Assembly (NCBI RefSeq): GCF_006345805.1
Contig: NC_043025.1
Location: 11,656,001-11,720,000 of the forward strand
Direction of reading: 5' to 3'
From: Octopus sinensis
Lineage: Eukaryota
DNA length: 64,000 nucleotides
In this document: positions 10,752-22,940 of the stretch, in pieces
Position numbering within the stretch: the first letter of the stretch is position 1
Layout: every line of letters starts with the position of its first letter
Program-made: the position numbers and the translations under genes
The notes under the pieces: model-generated
What the model was told of the DNA's origin: nothing
The model's database searches: none
The model's input: the letters and a program-made list of their open reading frames with translations, nothing else

Positions 10752-11124
10752 TCTATATATATATATCAACGGCAAAATGTCTGTGTGTGTGTGTGTGTCC
10801 TTTATACAAATCCACAATTTTTCAGTTAGAGGGCTTGCACTTTCCATGGTCATTCAAACCCGTCCAAGGGTGGTCGTGCACATCTTTACATTTCCCCAGT
10901 CACCCCGCAAAGCCATTAAAAAAATCAATAGAAGTGACTTTTTTGTGAATTTTCTATCCAAAACCCAATCAAAATGCCTGAAACTTGATACGCCAATTGA
11001 ATGCCAGCTAGCTGTATGTGATTGGTCGGAGATTTGGATAGTACTCGCGTGTATGTGTGCATGCACACTGCTGTATACGCATGCACCAACACTATAACCC
11101 GGCGTTGCCAGGATATAGTGCTAG
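10752..11124 (+). mobile_element. Non-autonomous Helitron
   Basis: 5' A|TC start, 3' CTAG|T end preceded by hairpin CACTATA...TATAGTG; no TSD. Confidence 0.75.
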
Positions 11125-11186
11125 TTTATATATAAAATACTACAATTAGCCGTCATTTTTGATGGCCCGGGGCCAGCTAGTAATAA

Positions 11187-11830
11187 TCATCATCGTTTAA
11201 CGTCCGTTTTCCATGCTAGCATGGGTTGGATGGTTCAACTGGGGTCTGGGAAGCCCAAAGGCTGCACCGGGCCAGTCAGATCTGGCAATGTTTCTACAGC
11301 TGGATGCCCTTCCTAATGCCAACCACTCCAAGAGTGTAGTGGGTGCTTTTTATGTGCCACCGACACAGGTGCCAGACGAGGCTGGCGAACGGCCACACTC
11401 GGATGGTGCTTTTTTCGTGCCACCGGCATAGAGGCCAGGCGAGGCTGGCAACATCCACTATCAGATGGTGTTTGTTACGTGCCACCAGCATGGAAGTCAG
11501 TTAATGCGGTGCTGGCTACGGCCACGTTCGGATGGTTCTCTTACGTACCACCAGCACTGGTACCACAACTACAAATTCCATTGATGTTGATCGGTTTCGA
11601 TTTTGATTTGATTTGATTTCCACTTGCCTCAACAGGTCTTCACAAGTAGAGTTATGTGTCCCAAGAAGGAAGGTATGCACAGGTGGACTGACTACGTCCC
11701 AGGTAGGGCCACAGGTTATGGCCTCACTTGTACTGCCGGGTCTTCTCACGCACAGCATACTTCCAAAGGTCTCGGTCTCTGGTCATTTCCTCGGTGAGAC
11801 CTAAAGAGCAAAGGTCGTGCTTCACCACCT
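11187..11830 (-). mobile_element. RTE-like LINE 3' end, unexpanded reference copy (3'UTR plus ORF tail)
   Basis: Contains 3-4 degenerate ~62-67-bp subrepeats; the far end reads RPRKTWDEVVKHDL on the minus strand. Confidence 0.85.
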
Positions 11831-11940
11831 CGTCCCAGGTTTTCCTGGGTCTACTGCTTCCTAGTAACATTAATAATTATAATTATAATATGACATTGTT
11901 TGGTACGTTTTGCTCATTTTTTTCTCTCTCAATTCCGCAG

Positions 11941-12052
11941 ATGTCCTACTAATGTCCCTCCATGATGGATGTCTACAAGTGCCATGAGCTTGCTATGCCC
12001 CCTATTTATGAAACGGAACTGGGGCTGGTGAAGAAGATCAAAAGGGAAGCAG
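11941..12052 (+). CDS. Candidate exon with start codon (MMDVYKCHELAMPPIYETELGLVKKIKREA-), product unknown
   Basis: Pyrimidine tract plus CCGCAG acceptor at 11940, donor CAG|GTAAGA at 12052/12053, ATG at 11962; unique sequence. Confidence 0.4.
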
Positions 12053-12149
12053 GTAAGAACTTAAGAATCTTTTCTTTTCTAAATATGCAGGAAAATACGG
12101 ATATCATGACTCGGTCAAAAACCTCAAAACATTTCTGTACTTACAGTTA

Positions 12150-12385
12150 CGGTTTTAGGGTTAGGGTTTTAGGTTTAGGGTCAGGGTTAGGGCTTTAGGG
12201 TTAGGGTTACGGTTACGGTTAGGGTTTTAGGTTTAGGGTCAGGGTTAGGGCTTTAGGGTTAGGGTTACGGTTAGGGTTTTAGGTTTAGGGTTTTAGGTTT
12301 AGGGTCAGGGTTAGGGTCAGGGTTAGGGCTTTAGGGTTAGGGTTACGGTTACAGTTAGGGTTTTAGGGTTAGGGTTCTAAGGTTA
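12150..12385. repeat. Degenerate telomere-like (TTAGGG-variant) tract
   Basis: TTAGGG, TTACGG, TCAGGG and TTTTAGG variants in a repeating higher-order pattern. Confidence 0.9.
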
Positions 12386-12669
12386 GTGTTGAGAAAAAGA
12401 GTCAAAATTGAAGAAGTTGGGGTGGGATAAAAAAATTTCACAATGCCAATTTTTGGCAATTTTCTGGAACCTCCATATCAGAAAACAGAAATTTTGGGCC
12501 AAAAAAATTACAAAAATAAACAAATTTGGGAGAAAACGGAGGGGGGGGGGGAACGAGCAGAAGTCTTTCCCAATCTTGCCTGCACTTGTACCTGGGAGGG
12601 TAACTTTCTAGGTGCAATCCTATGGTCAGTCATGACCAAAGGGGGTCTCAGATAAATATATACATATAT

Positions 12670-12728
<59 letters not shown>

Positions 12729-12788
12729 CATCATCATCATCATCACGGACGTTAAACAATGATGATGATGATGATATATTATATATAT

Positions 12789-12825
<37 letters not shown>

Positions 12826-12844
12826 GTATATATATACACACACA

Positions 12845-13040
12845 CATATATAAAAACACACACACATACATACATGACAGTCTTCTTTCAGTTTCCATCT
12901 ACAAAATCCATTTACAAGGCTTTGGTAGGCCCAAGGCAATAGTAGAAGACACTTGCCCAAGGTGCTACAGAGTGGGACTGAACCCGGAACCATGTGATTA
13001 GTAAACAAGCTGCTTACCACACAGCCACTTCTGCGCTTAT
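12845..13040 (-). mobile_element. SINE family A head
   Basis: Reverse complement of the head and central domain. Confidence 0.8.
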
Positions 13041-13379
13041 GAACACTACCTTACAAAACTTTGTCAGCTGAGCAACTTAACCTAAACACTTTTCCTGAAA
13101 ATTACCTTTATTCTCTTTGAGCATATAAAAGTTAAATTTGGTGGGGCAAAATGAGTACGACAAAGTAAGGTGAATTTGCTGTTTCACTTTTCCAGAATTA
13201 CATTTGAATAAAGGGCTCCTACCCATAGGTAGCTGGACTAAACGAGAGTGAGGTTTCTTACCACACAGGTTAATTAATTTATTAATTAGTTGACTAATAA
13301 TAAAAAAAGTAATTCACAAGATACTAAATTTGTACCGTAAATCCTCGAGTATAATCCGCCCTTGAGTATAATATGCAGT

Positions 13380-15092
13380 TGATTTTTAGGGGGCTGTATC
13401 TCTGGAAAACCTAAACCTTGTGTATAATACAAACCTTGAGTCAAGGAGGTCTATATACCGTCCTTGGTTTGTAAAAATATATACGGTAATGTCCTTTATT
13501 ATTATTGTATATATAACATAATGCAAACGTGTATACACAGGGGATTTTTAGGGGGCTGTTCCTCTGAAAAACCTAAACCTTGTGTATAATACGCACTCCT
13601 TCTCTAACTTGAGTCAAAGAGGTCTATATAACGTCCTTGGTTCGTAAAAATGTATACGGTAACGTCCTTTATTATTTTGTATATGTATATGTAACATAAT
13701 GCAAACGTGTATATGATGGGGATTTTTTGGGGGCTGTACTCCTGAAAAACCTAAACCTTGTGTATAATATGCAACCTTTCTCTAACTTGAGTCAAAGAGG
13801 TCTATATAACGTCCTTGGTTCGTAAAAATGTATACGGTAACGTCCTTTATTATTATTGTATATATAACATAATGCAAACGTGTATACACAGGGGATTTTT
13901 AGGGGGCTGTTCCTCTGAAAAACCTAAACCTTGTGTATAATACGCACCCCTTCTCTAACTTGAGTCAAAGAGGTCTATATAACGTCCTTGGTTCGTAAAA
14001 ATGTATACGGTAACGTCCTTTATTATTATTGTATATGTAACATAATGCAAACGTGTATATGATGGGGATTTTTTGGGGGCTGTACTCCTGAAAAACCTAA
14101 ACCTTGTGTATAATATGCAACCTTTCTCTAACTTGAGTCAAGGAGGTCTAATAACGTACTTGGTTTGTAAAAATGTATACGGTAACGTCCTTTATTATTA
14201 TTGTATATATAAATAATGCAAACGTGTATACACAGGGGATTTTTAGGGGGCTGTTCCTCTGAAAAACCTAACCTTGTGTATAACGCACCCCTTCTATAAC
14301 TTGAGTCAAGGAAGTCTATATAACGTCCTTGGTTTGTAAAAATGTATACGGTAACGTCCTTTATTATTATTGTATATGTAACATAATGCAAACGTGTATA
14401 TGATGGGGATTTTTTGGGGGCTGTACTCCTGAAAAACCTAAACCTTGTGTATAATATGCAACCTTTCTCTAACTTGAGTCAAGGAGGTCTATATAACGTA
14501 CTTGGTTTGTAAAAATGTATACGGTAACGTCCTTTATTATTATTGTATATATAACATAATGCAAACGTGTATACACAGGGGATTTTTAGGGGGCTGTTCC
14601 TCTGAAAAACCTAAACCTTGTGTATAATACGCACCCCTTCTATAACTTGAGTCAAGGAAGTCTATATAACGTCCTTGGTTTGTAAAAATGTATACGGTAA
14701 CGTCCTTTATTATTATTGTATATATAACATAATGCAAACGTGTATACACAGGGGATTTTTAGGGGGCTGTTCCTCTGAAAAACCTAAACCTTGTGTATAA
14801 TACGCACCCCTTCTCTAACTTGAGTCAAAGAGGTCTGTCTATATAACGTACTTGGTTTGTAAAAATGTATACGGTAACGTCCTTTATTATTATTGTATAT
14901 GTAACATAATGCAAACGTGTATATGATGGGGATTTTTTGGGGGCTGTACTCCTGAAAAACCTAAACCTTGTGTATAATACGCACCGCTTCTCTAACTTGA
15001 GTCAAAGAGGTCTATATAATGTCCTTGGTTTGTAAAAATGTATACGATAATATCCTTTATTATTATTGTATATATAACATAATGCAAACGTG
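13380..15092. repeat. ~172-bp satellite, 10 units in two alternating variants
   Basis: Variant A (GTATACACAGGGG...TTCCTCTG) and variant B (GTATATGATGGGG...TACTCCTG) in order 0-A-B-A-B-A-B-A-A-B. Confidence 0.95.
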
Positions 15093-15377
15093 TAGCTTTT
15101 TTGTGCATTTTGTTTGCAGAAAATAAAGAAATAACAGAAATAACGTTTAATAAATGTTGCTCACTGCAAGTTATGGATGATTCTTTTATGACTTCATTGC
15201 TTTCAGGCTTAGCTTAAGGTATTTTCATGCCTGACATCACAAAATGCGTCTGAATAAACATTGCCGGACAGCAAATAGAGACTCGGACATTGCTTAGAAA
15301 ATAATTTTCACTTTTAACCTCGTGTATAGCACGCACTAGGGATTTTGACCTTTGAATTTTGGGGGGAAAAATGCGGA

Positions 15378-16354
15378 GGATCTTTTCAGTTTGAATGGCA
15401 GTTTTTTCTAGCGGTGTCATATGAAATTATCACCCATAATTATGACCCTAGTATCGATCTATTGCATTTCAATCTATGTTAGGGTTAGGGTTAGAGGTGG
15501 GACGAAGGGTATCTTTTTTTCTTCAGAAATGTAAATAAACCCAATCTGTTTCTTAAACGAGGGACATATTCATACGGCATAGAATGTTTTCACCTCAATA
15601 GACGTCATTGATTGGTTGAAATTGCAGAAATTAAAGAAAAGAACCAACAAATATCTTAGAAACTCTAGAATTTTCTCAATAAAGCCAAGAGAAAATGATG
15701 TTTTATTAACACATTCTACCAGAATACGAAGTTTAAAAGTGTTTAGTTAACTAGAAATTATGTTAAGTTGAGGTTGTAGTTGGTGGTGGTGGTCGTGGCA
15801 GAGTTGTCCGTAGTATTGGTTGACCGTGAAGCTGTCGTCTGGTTCCTTCCAAATTCTTTCCGTGTGTCGGCGTCCATGCTCACACCTGCACCTGTGTTGC
15901 TTCCTCCCCTTCTTTCCCTCCCTCGTGAAGCAGTGGGGAAGGGGAGGGGAGGGAAATCAACGTCGTGAGCGTTGCCAAGGAGACCACCGTTCTTCTCGAC
16001 GACGACTTCATGGCTTTGAAGTCGCCATTGCTCAAAGCAGAAAATGGCTGGGAAAGCCGAAGACGAATTTACAAAATGGGGAAACACGCCACACAAAGGC
16101 AGGTTTCCCGTGCAAAGAATTTGCACGACCGAATGTATTTATTAGTTGTTGCACAATAGACGTCAGTGATTGGTTGAAATTGAACAAATTGAAGAAAAAC
16201 AACAACAAATATCTTACAAACTATAGAATTTTCTCAATAAAGCCAAGAGAAAAAGATGTTTTATTTTGACACATTCTACCAGAATACGAAGTTTAAAAGT
16301 GTTTAGTTACATGGAAATTATTTTAAAAAACTGCCGTCCAAACCGAAAAGATCC
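15378..16354. mobile_element. GGATC-TIR MITE family composite nested in the Tc2-like element
   Basis: Same TIRs as 1481-1893; the right half is duplicated, with ~360 bp of GC-richer sequence (15770-16130) between. Confidence 0.75.
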
Positions 16355-16734
16355 AATATTTTTCATTTTTAACCTCGTATATAGTACGCACTAGGGATTT
16401 TGACCTTTAAATTTTTTTTCGGGGGGGGGGGGGATGCGGATTATACTCGAGGATTTACGGTACTTCACCATAAATTTTCCCATTCAGAATTCTGAAAGCG
16501 AAATATCAATAGAGTTATCTCTCCTGATGTTGCATATGCAGCACATAGTTACTTCCCTTAGCTTGAATCGTTAAGCGATATTCCAAGTACAAGATTAAAT
16601 CAGTCTCCGCTGACCCTCTTCAAGCAAAGCGTACAGGCTAAGAGATACCTGCTGAGGATTCGGACGGGTTTCCAAAATTGCGATGGATTGAGGACACGAG
16701 CTTGTAATATCTGTGTGTAGGTGTTCCTACACTA

Positions 16735-17146
16735 TACTCTTTTTACTCTTTTACTTGTTTCAGTCGTTTGACTGCGGCCGTGCTGGAGCACTGCCTTTTT
16801 TTTAGTCGAGCAACTCGACCCCGGGGACTTATTCTTTTGTAAGCCCAGTACTTATTCTATCGTTCGCTTTTGCCGAACCGCTAAGTAACGGGGACGTAAA
16901 CACACCGGCATCGGTTGTCAAGCAATGCTAGGGGGACAAACACAGACACACAAACACACACACATATATATATACATATATACGACAGGCTTCTTTCAGT
17001 TTCCGTCTACCAAATTCACTCACAAGGCTTTGGTCGGCCCGAGGCTATAGTAGAAGACACTTGGCCAAGATGCCACGCAGTGGGATTGAACCCGGAACCA
17101 TGTGGTTGGTAAACAAGCTACTTACCACACAGCCACTCCTACGCCT
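16735..17146 (-). mobile_element. SINE family A, full
   Basis: Reverse complement of the 894-1312 type. Confidence 0.92.
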
Positions 17147-17272
17147 ATCCAGACATTTAAAATTTTTTTTTTATTTATTAATTTGTTGACTAATAATTAA
17201 AAAAAGGAAGTGAAATAGTAGCTTCAGAACAGCGGTTTTCAAATTGAGTTCTGTGAAAAAATTCAGGAGATA

Positions 17273-17690
17273 GGCGCAGGAGTAGCTGTGTGGTAAGTAG
17301 CTTGCTAACGAACCACATGGTTCCGGGTTCAGTCCCACTCCGTGGCATCTTGGGCAAGTGTCTTCTGCTATAGCCCCGGGCCGACCAATGCCTTGTGAGT
17401 GGATTTGGTAGACGGAAACTGAAAGAAGCCTGTCGTATATATGTATATATATATGTGTGTGTGTTTGTGTGTCTGTGTTTGTCCCCCTAGCATTGCTTGA
17501 CAACCGATGCTGGTGTGTTTACGTCCTTGTCACTTAGCGGTTCGGCAAAAGAGACCGATAGAATAAGTACTGGGCTTACAAAAGAATAAGTCCCGGGGTC
17601 GATTTGCTCGACCAAAAGGCGGTGCTCCAGCATGGCTGCAGTCAAATGACTGAAACAAGTAAAAGAGTAAAAGAGAGAGAGAGTAAAGAT
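17273..17690 (+). mobile_element. SINE family A, full
   Basis: Head GGCGCAGGAGTAGC..., tail GAGTAAAA repeats. Confidence 0.92.
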
Positions 17691-18721
17691 AGGCAAGACG
17701 TAGCTAGTAATTTTTAATAAAATTAAATAAAACAGATACAGACGTGGCCATGTAAAAAAAACTTGGGTGGACAAGGGGAACCATCTTCACACCCGGTTCC
17801 ATTTCCTTTTTTTTTTTTCTTTTGTGTCCCACAGAAACCTGTTTTCGGCTACGGAGATTCCGAACCCAGGATTATTTCAACGTGAAAAAAAACAAAAAAA
17901 CAAAAGGCTAAAATTTAGGGTTAGGGTTAGTGTTAGGGTTAGTGACAGGATGTTGTCTCAATTTTAGACGCAGCAAATGATTTTAGCTCAATTAGAGACA
18001 ATTGATTGGTTAAAATTCGAAAAATTAAACTACGTTAAACTTACAAATTACAATTTTCTCAAGAAAGCTAACAGAAAAGAATGTTTTATTTTGACACATT
18101 CTACCAGTATACGAAGTTTTAAAGTGTTTAGTTAACTAGAAATTGTGTTGACATGTGCCGTTCAAAAGGAAAAGATCTCAAATCTGTAAAAAAAAAATAG
18201 GCATTTCTAAATTTAAATTAATCCCCAAACCCACCTCCAATTTTTTCATTTTTCACTTTTTTTTCAGAAATTTGTTTTGGCGAATCACGTTGAAAAATAC
18301 GGAGATAATGATTCTGAAAAAAAAATTTTTTTTTTAAATTTCAATTTTTCAAAAAAAGAAAACGTAAAAAAAATTACTCCTCCCAACCCTTCGCGAATGT
18401 ACAGTATATACATGATACCTTTAAATCCTTTAGGTCATTGCAAATGAGATGGGGTTTTCCAACCTGCGCCTTAAATAGGCCTTCAAGCAGTGCTTCCACC
18501 TGCTAGAAATAACAGCCAAATCTTTGACAAACTCTACATAACATTGTAGGCATTCCTACACAAATGTGCCCCCTCGATTTTGTTTCCTCATAACTTCATA
18601 CAGTATAGATTCCAATTATATCGGAATAATTTTGGAAAAAAAATTTGCAAACAGTAGCGTGAGGAGTTTCGAAAAATTCCCATGTCAGCTTTGTTTCTTT
18701 GCAAAATTTTCTACATATACA

Positions 18722-18886
18722 GGCGCAGGAGTGGCTGTGTGGTAAGTAGCTTGCTAACGAACCACATGGTTCCGGGTTCAGTCCCACTGCGTGGCATCTT
18801 GGGCAAGTGTCTTCTGCTATAGCCCCGGGCCGACCAATGCCTTGTGAGTGGATTTGGTAGACGGAAACTGAAAGAAGCCTGTCATA

Positions 18887-18938
<52 letters not shown>

Positions 18939-19165
18939 TGTGTGTGTTTGTGTGTCTGTGTTTGTCCCCCTAGCATTGCTTGACAACCGATGCTGGTGTG
19001 TTTACATCCCTGTCACTTAGCGGTTCGGCAAAAGAGTCCGATAGAATAAGTACTGGACTTACAAAGAATAAGTCCTGGGGTCGAGTTGCTCGACAAAAGG
19101 CGGTGCTCCAGCATGGCCGCAGTCAAATGACTGAAACAAGTAAAAGAGTAAAAGAGTAAAAAGAG
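18722..19165 (+). mobile_element. SINE family A, full
   Basis: Head, TA tract and (GAGTAAAA)n tail. Confidence 0.92.
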
Positions 19166-19352
19166 TATATGCTTCAGATAGTGTAGGTTTTGATTATACA
19201 AAAATCTGGGAAGGCAGGGGGAGGGGCGCAAAAAATGTGATAAAATAATGAAAGACAGGTGAACAGGTGTGATAAAATAATGAAAGAAATAGGTAATCAA
19301 TCTACTCACTTTTCTGCAAAGATGTCATTCAGAAAAATCACTGTTGGATCAG

Positions 19353-19397
19353 TTAATAATAATAATAATAATAATGATAATAATAATAATAATAACG

Positions 19398-19429
<32 letters not shown>

Positions 19430-19527
19430 GATAATGATAATAATAATAATGATAATAATAATAATGATAATAATAACAATAATAATAATAACAATAATAA
19501 TAATAATAACAATAATAATAATAATAA
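19353..19527. repeat. (AAT/GAT/AAC)n microsatellite
   Basis: Direct read. Confidence 0.97.
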
Positions 19528-20084
19528 GTGCCCCGATGCAGTACCAGGCAGTGGCTCTCATGGCTTCTGATCTTAACTGATTGGAAGTGTTATCATGTAC
19601 ATTGTTTTGTCTTGGTATAAAAGATGGGCTACAGCAAATATTCTGCTCAATACCACAGATTTGCTTGTCAGTTGTTTGACCGTAACCAGTTGAGCATGTC
19701 CCTTAGTGGCTGACGATATGTGCATCTCTGATCACGAGTAGAAGTAGTGGGGGAGCATCATAGCCATGTGTTGAGAGGGATTCTTTGATGTTTGGATAAT
19801 TCACCTTTGGAAACATGGGTGTTTCGTTCAACATCCTTAAACAACCCTTATTCAGGGACCTTTTGAGCGGGATGGGTTACTCGATTAGAAGAAAGTTCTA
19901 ACTGGGCCCCACCTGCAAGGTCATGCGCTGTTTATCTTGATATGAGATCACCATGTCATGCACACATGGTCGTGATACATGTACCCAGTGTACCCTTATC
20001 AGACGTGTAGTCATGATGGGTATACTGGGCTCCGTTACATTTTACTCCAGTGTCACTTTGATGGCATGCACTGCTCTCTCACTC

Positions 20085-20085
<1 letters not shown>
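19528..20085 (+). mobile_element. ~560-bp probable retroposon 3' segment embedded in an (AAT)n tract
   Basis: Complex sequence bounded on both sides by AAT repeats; no coding match seen; retroposon origin is inferred. Confidence 0.45.
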
Positions 20086-20121
<36 letters not shown>

Positions 20122-20134
20122 TAATAATAATAAT

Positions 20135-20724
20135 AATCTTTTCTATTTTAGGCACAAGACCTGAACTTTTGGGGAAGGGGACTCGTCGATTACATCAACC
20201 CCAGAATTTCACTGGTACTTAATTTTAATTTATTGACCCCTGAAAGGACAAAAGGCAAAGTTGACCTCGGCGGAACTGGAACTCAGAACGTAGCGGCAGA
20301 CGAAATACCTATTTCTTTACTACCCACAAGGGGCTAAACACAGAGAGGACAAACAAGGACAGACATAGGTAGTAAGTCGATTACATCGACCCTAGTGCGT
20401 AACTGGTACTTAATTTATCGACCCCGAGAGGATGAAAGGCAAAGTCGACCTCGGCGGATTTGAACTCAGAACGTAGCGGCAGACGAAATACCTATTTCTT
20501 TACTGCCCACAAGGGGCTAAACACAGAGGGGACAAACAAGGACAGACAAAGGGATTAAGTCGATTATATCGACCCCAGTGCGTAACTGGTACTTAATTTA
20601 TTGACCCCAAAAGGATGAAAGGCAAAGTCGACCTCGGTGGAATTTGAACTCAGAACGTAACGGCAGACGAAATACCGCTAAGCATTTCGCCCGGCGTGCT
20701 AACATTTCTGCCAGCTCGCCGCCT

Positions 20725-20725
<1 letters not shown>
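20135..20725 (-). mobile_element. SINE family B trimer
   Basis: Junctions GAAATACC|TATTTCTTTACT at 20309 and 20492; full head at 20670-20725; flanked by (AAT)n. Confidence 0.9.
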
Positions 20726-20771
<46 letters not shown>

Positions 20772-21371
20772 CACAACAGTAACAACAACAAGAATTTAAT
20801 GGCTTTTCTTTTAACTGAATGGCTTTGTACTAGACAACCACTTTCCGAGTCCTCCCACCAATTAAAAATTCCAATAAAGACAAAGCAGAGAGCCAATTAG
20901 TGGAGGTGTCTGGAAGGGTTGGGAGGTGAGAGGTCGTGGTGGTGGTGGTAGTGGTGGACACAGGGAATGCTGTGGTGTGTTAATTAGGTTTTTCTTTTAA
21001 TTGGTTTTGTTGTGTTGTGCTGGCTACCTCTGACACAACATTTCAGACTATGCTATATATATATATTTATACGTACACACACACATGCACGCACACTCAC
21101 ACACACATACGCACACACATACACATGTATGTGTGTGTGTGTGTGTGTGCATGTGTGTATGTATATTTAAGTTTACATACATACATACATACATACATAT
21201 GTGTGTATGTGTATGATATATATATATATATATATATATGCATATATGTATATATATATATATATATATACAACACACACATATATATATATACACACAC
21301 CACACACACACACACACATATATATGTATGTATATATATATATATATATAATATATATATATATACACACT

Positions 21372-21500
21372 GTTTGTGTCTGGGGAGAGTCATTTTCTTT
21401 TTGTGCCTTATAATGTAACAAACTCACCGGCAAAATTTCCACTTATTTCTTATTTTTATTTTCTCAAATATTTTCATTGCGTCTTGCAACCTTTTCAATA
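21372..21500. mobile_element. One arm of a fold-back MITE (GTGTCTGGGGAGAGTC family)
   Basis: Matches the arms at 47295-47378 and 48620-48748. Confidence 0.75.
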
Positions 21501-21713
21501 GTCTTGACTTTGACAGGCACTAGCAAGGCCAGGGGTCACGCCAGGGGTCACGCCAGGTTCTGTAGTCTGACTGCCCTTCCTGATTGATGCCAACCACTTC
21601 GTAGAGCGTACCGGGTGCTTTCTGCACGGTTCCATCACCAGCGCTTTATTTACACAGCTCCATGCTCCTTCAACCAATAACTGTGCCCTTTTTTTTGCTC
21701 TCTTGATCTGCAG

Positions 21714-21798
21714 GAACTGCACGGACATGTTTACCACAGCGCCCGATGAGACTCCGTCTAAACAGATGTAGAAGAACGCCCAAACTAAAGGACACAAA
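21714..21798 (+). other. Candidate internal exon (unassigned)
   Basis: TTTTTTTGCTCTCTTGATCTGCAG acceptor, AAA|GTAAGT donor; the frame compatible with the 11941-12052 exon is open. Confidence 0.3.
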
Positions 21799-21949
21799 GT
21801 AAGTATCACATTATTATCCTTATTATTATTATTATTATTCAGTTTTTTTCACAAACGGACAAAACCCTTTGTAACTTTCGTCCTGTGTTTTGTCCCTTTA
21901 TGTTTTAATTGATTTTTGTCAGCCCTTGTGGCCAATAAAAGAATTAATT

Positions 21950-21954
21950 AATTA

Positions 21955-21986
<32 letters not shown>

Positions 21987-22101
21987 CATTATTATTATTG
22001 TTATTATTATTACTATTACTGCTATTATTATTACTATTATTATTATTATTATTATTACTATTATTATTATTATTACTATATTATTATTATTATTACTATT
22101 A

Positions 22102-22137
<36 letters not shown>

Positions 22138-22157
22138 TATTATTATTATTACTATTA

Positions 22158-22205
<48 letters not shown>

Positions 22206-22597
22206 TATTATTATTATTACTTTATTATTATTACTATTATTATTATTATTATTACTATATTATTATTATTACTATTATTATTATTATTACTATTATTATT
22301 ATTATTATTATATTATTATTATTATATTACTATTACTATTATTATTATTATCATTATTATTATTATTGTTATTATTATTATTATTATTATTATCATTATT
22401 ATTATTGTTATTATACTATTACTGCTATTATTATTATTATTATTATTATTACTATTATTATTATTTTACTATTATTATTATTATTACTATTATTATTATT
22501 ATTATTATTATTTATTATTATTATTACTATTACTATTATTATTATTATCATTATTATTATTATTGTTATTATTATTATTATTATTATCATTATTATT

Positions 22598-22647
<50 letters not shown>

Positions 22648-22940
22648 TACTATTATTATTATTATTATCATTATTATTATTGTTATTATTATTATTATTA
22701 TTATCATTATTATTATTGTTATTATTACTATTACTGCTATTATTATTATTATTATTATTATTACTATTATTATTATTATTACTATTATTATTATTATTAC
22801 TATTATTATTATTATTATTATTTATTATTATTATTACTATTACTATTATTATTATTATCATTATATATTATTGTTATTATTATTATTATTATTATCATTA
22901 TTATATTATCATTATTATTATTATTATTATTACTAGTATC
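21950..22940. repeat. ~1-kb (ATT)n microsatellite
   Basis: Direct read; abuts the 3' end of the R4-like LINE. Confidence 0.97.

Larger units (their letters stand above)
13335..16460. mobile_element. Tc2/pogo-like non-autonomous element with perfect 25-bp TIRs, carrying an internal satellite
   Basis: TA|CCGTAAATCCTCGAGTATAATCCGC ... GCGGATTATACTCGAGGATTTACGG|TA; CCGTA ends with TA TSD are typical of Tc2/pogo-type elements. Confidence 0.9.

Noticed and set aside
12150-12385. True telomere or chromosome fusion site
   Set aside because: Short, degenerate, single orientation; kept only as an interstitial repeat.
12728-12775. (CAT)n-CGGACGTTAAAC-(GAT)n hairpin as a novel element
   Set aside because: Explained as an extremely truncated RTE tail next to a CAT run.
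16649-16710. Minus-strand exon candidate
   Set aside because: AG/GT present but no pyrimidine tract, weak GTATCT donor, all frames open and uninformative.
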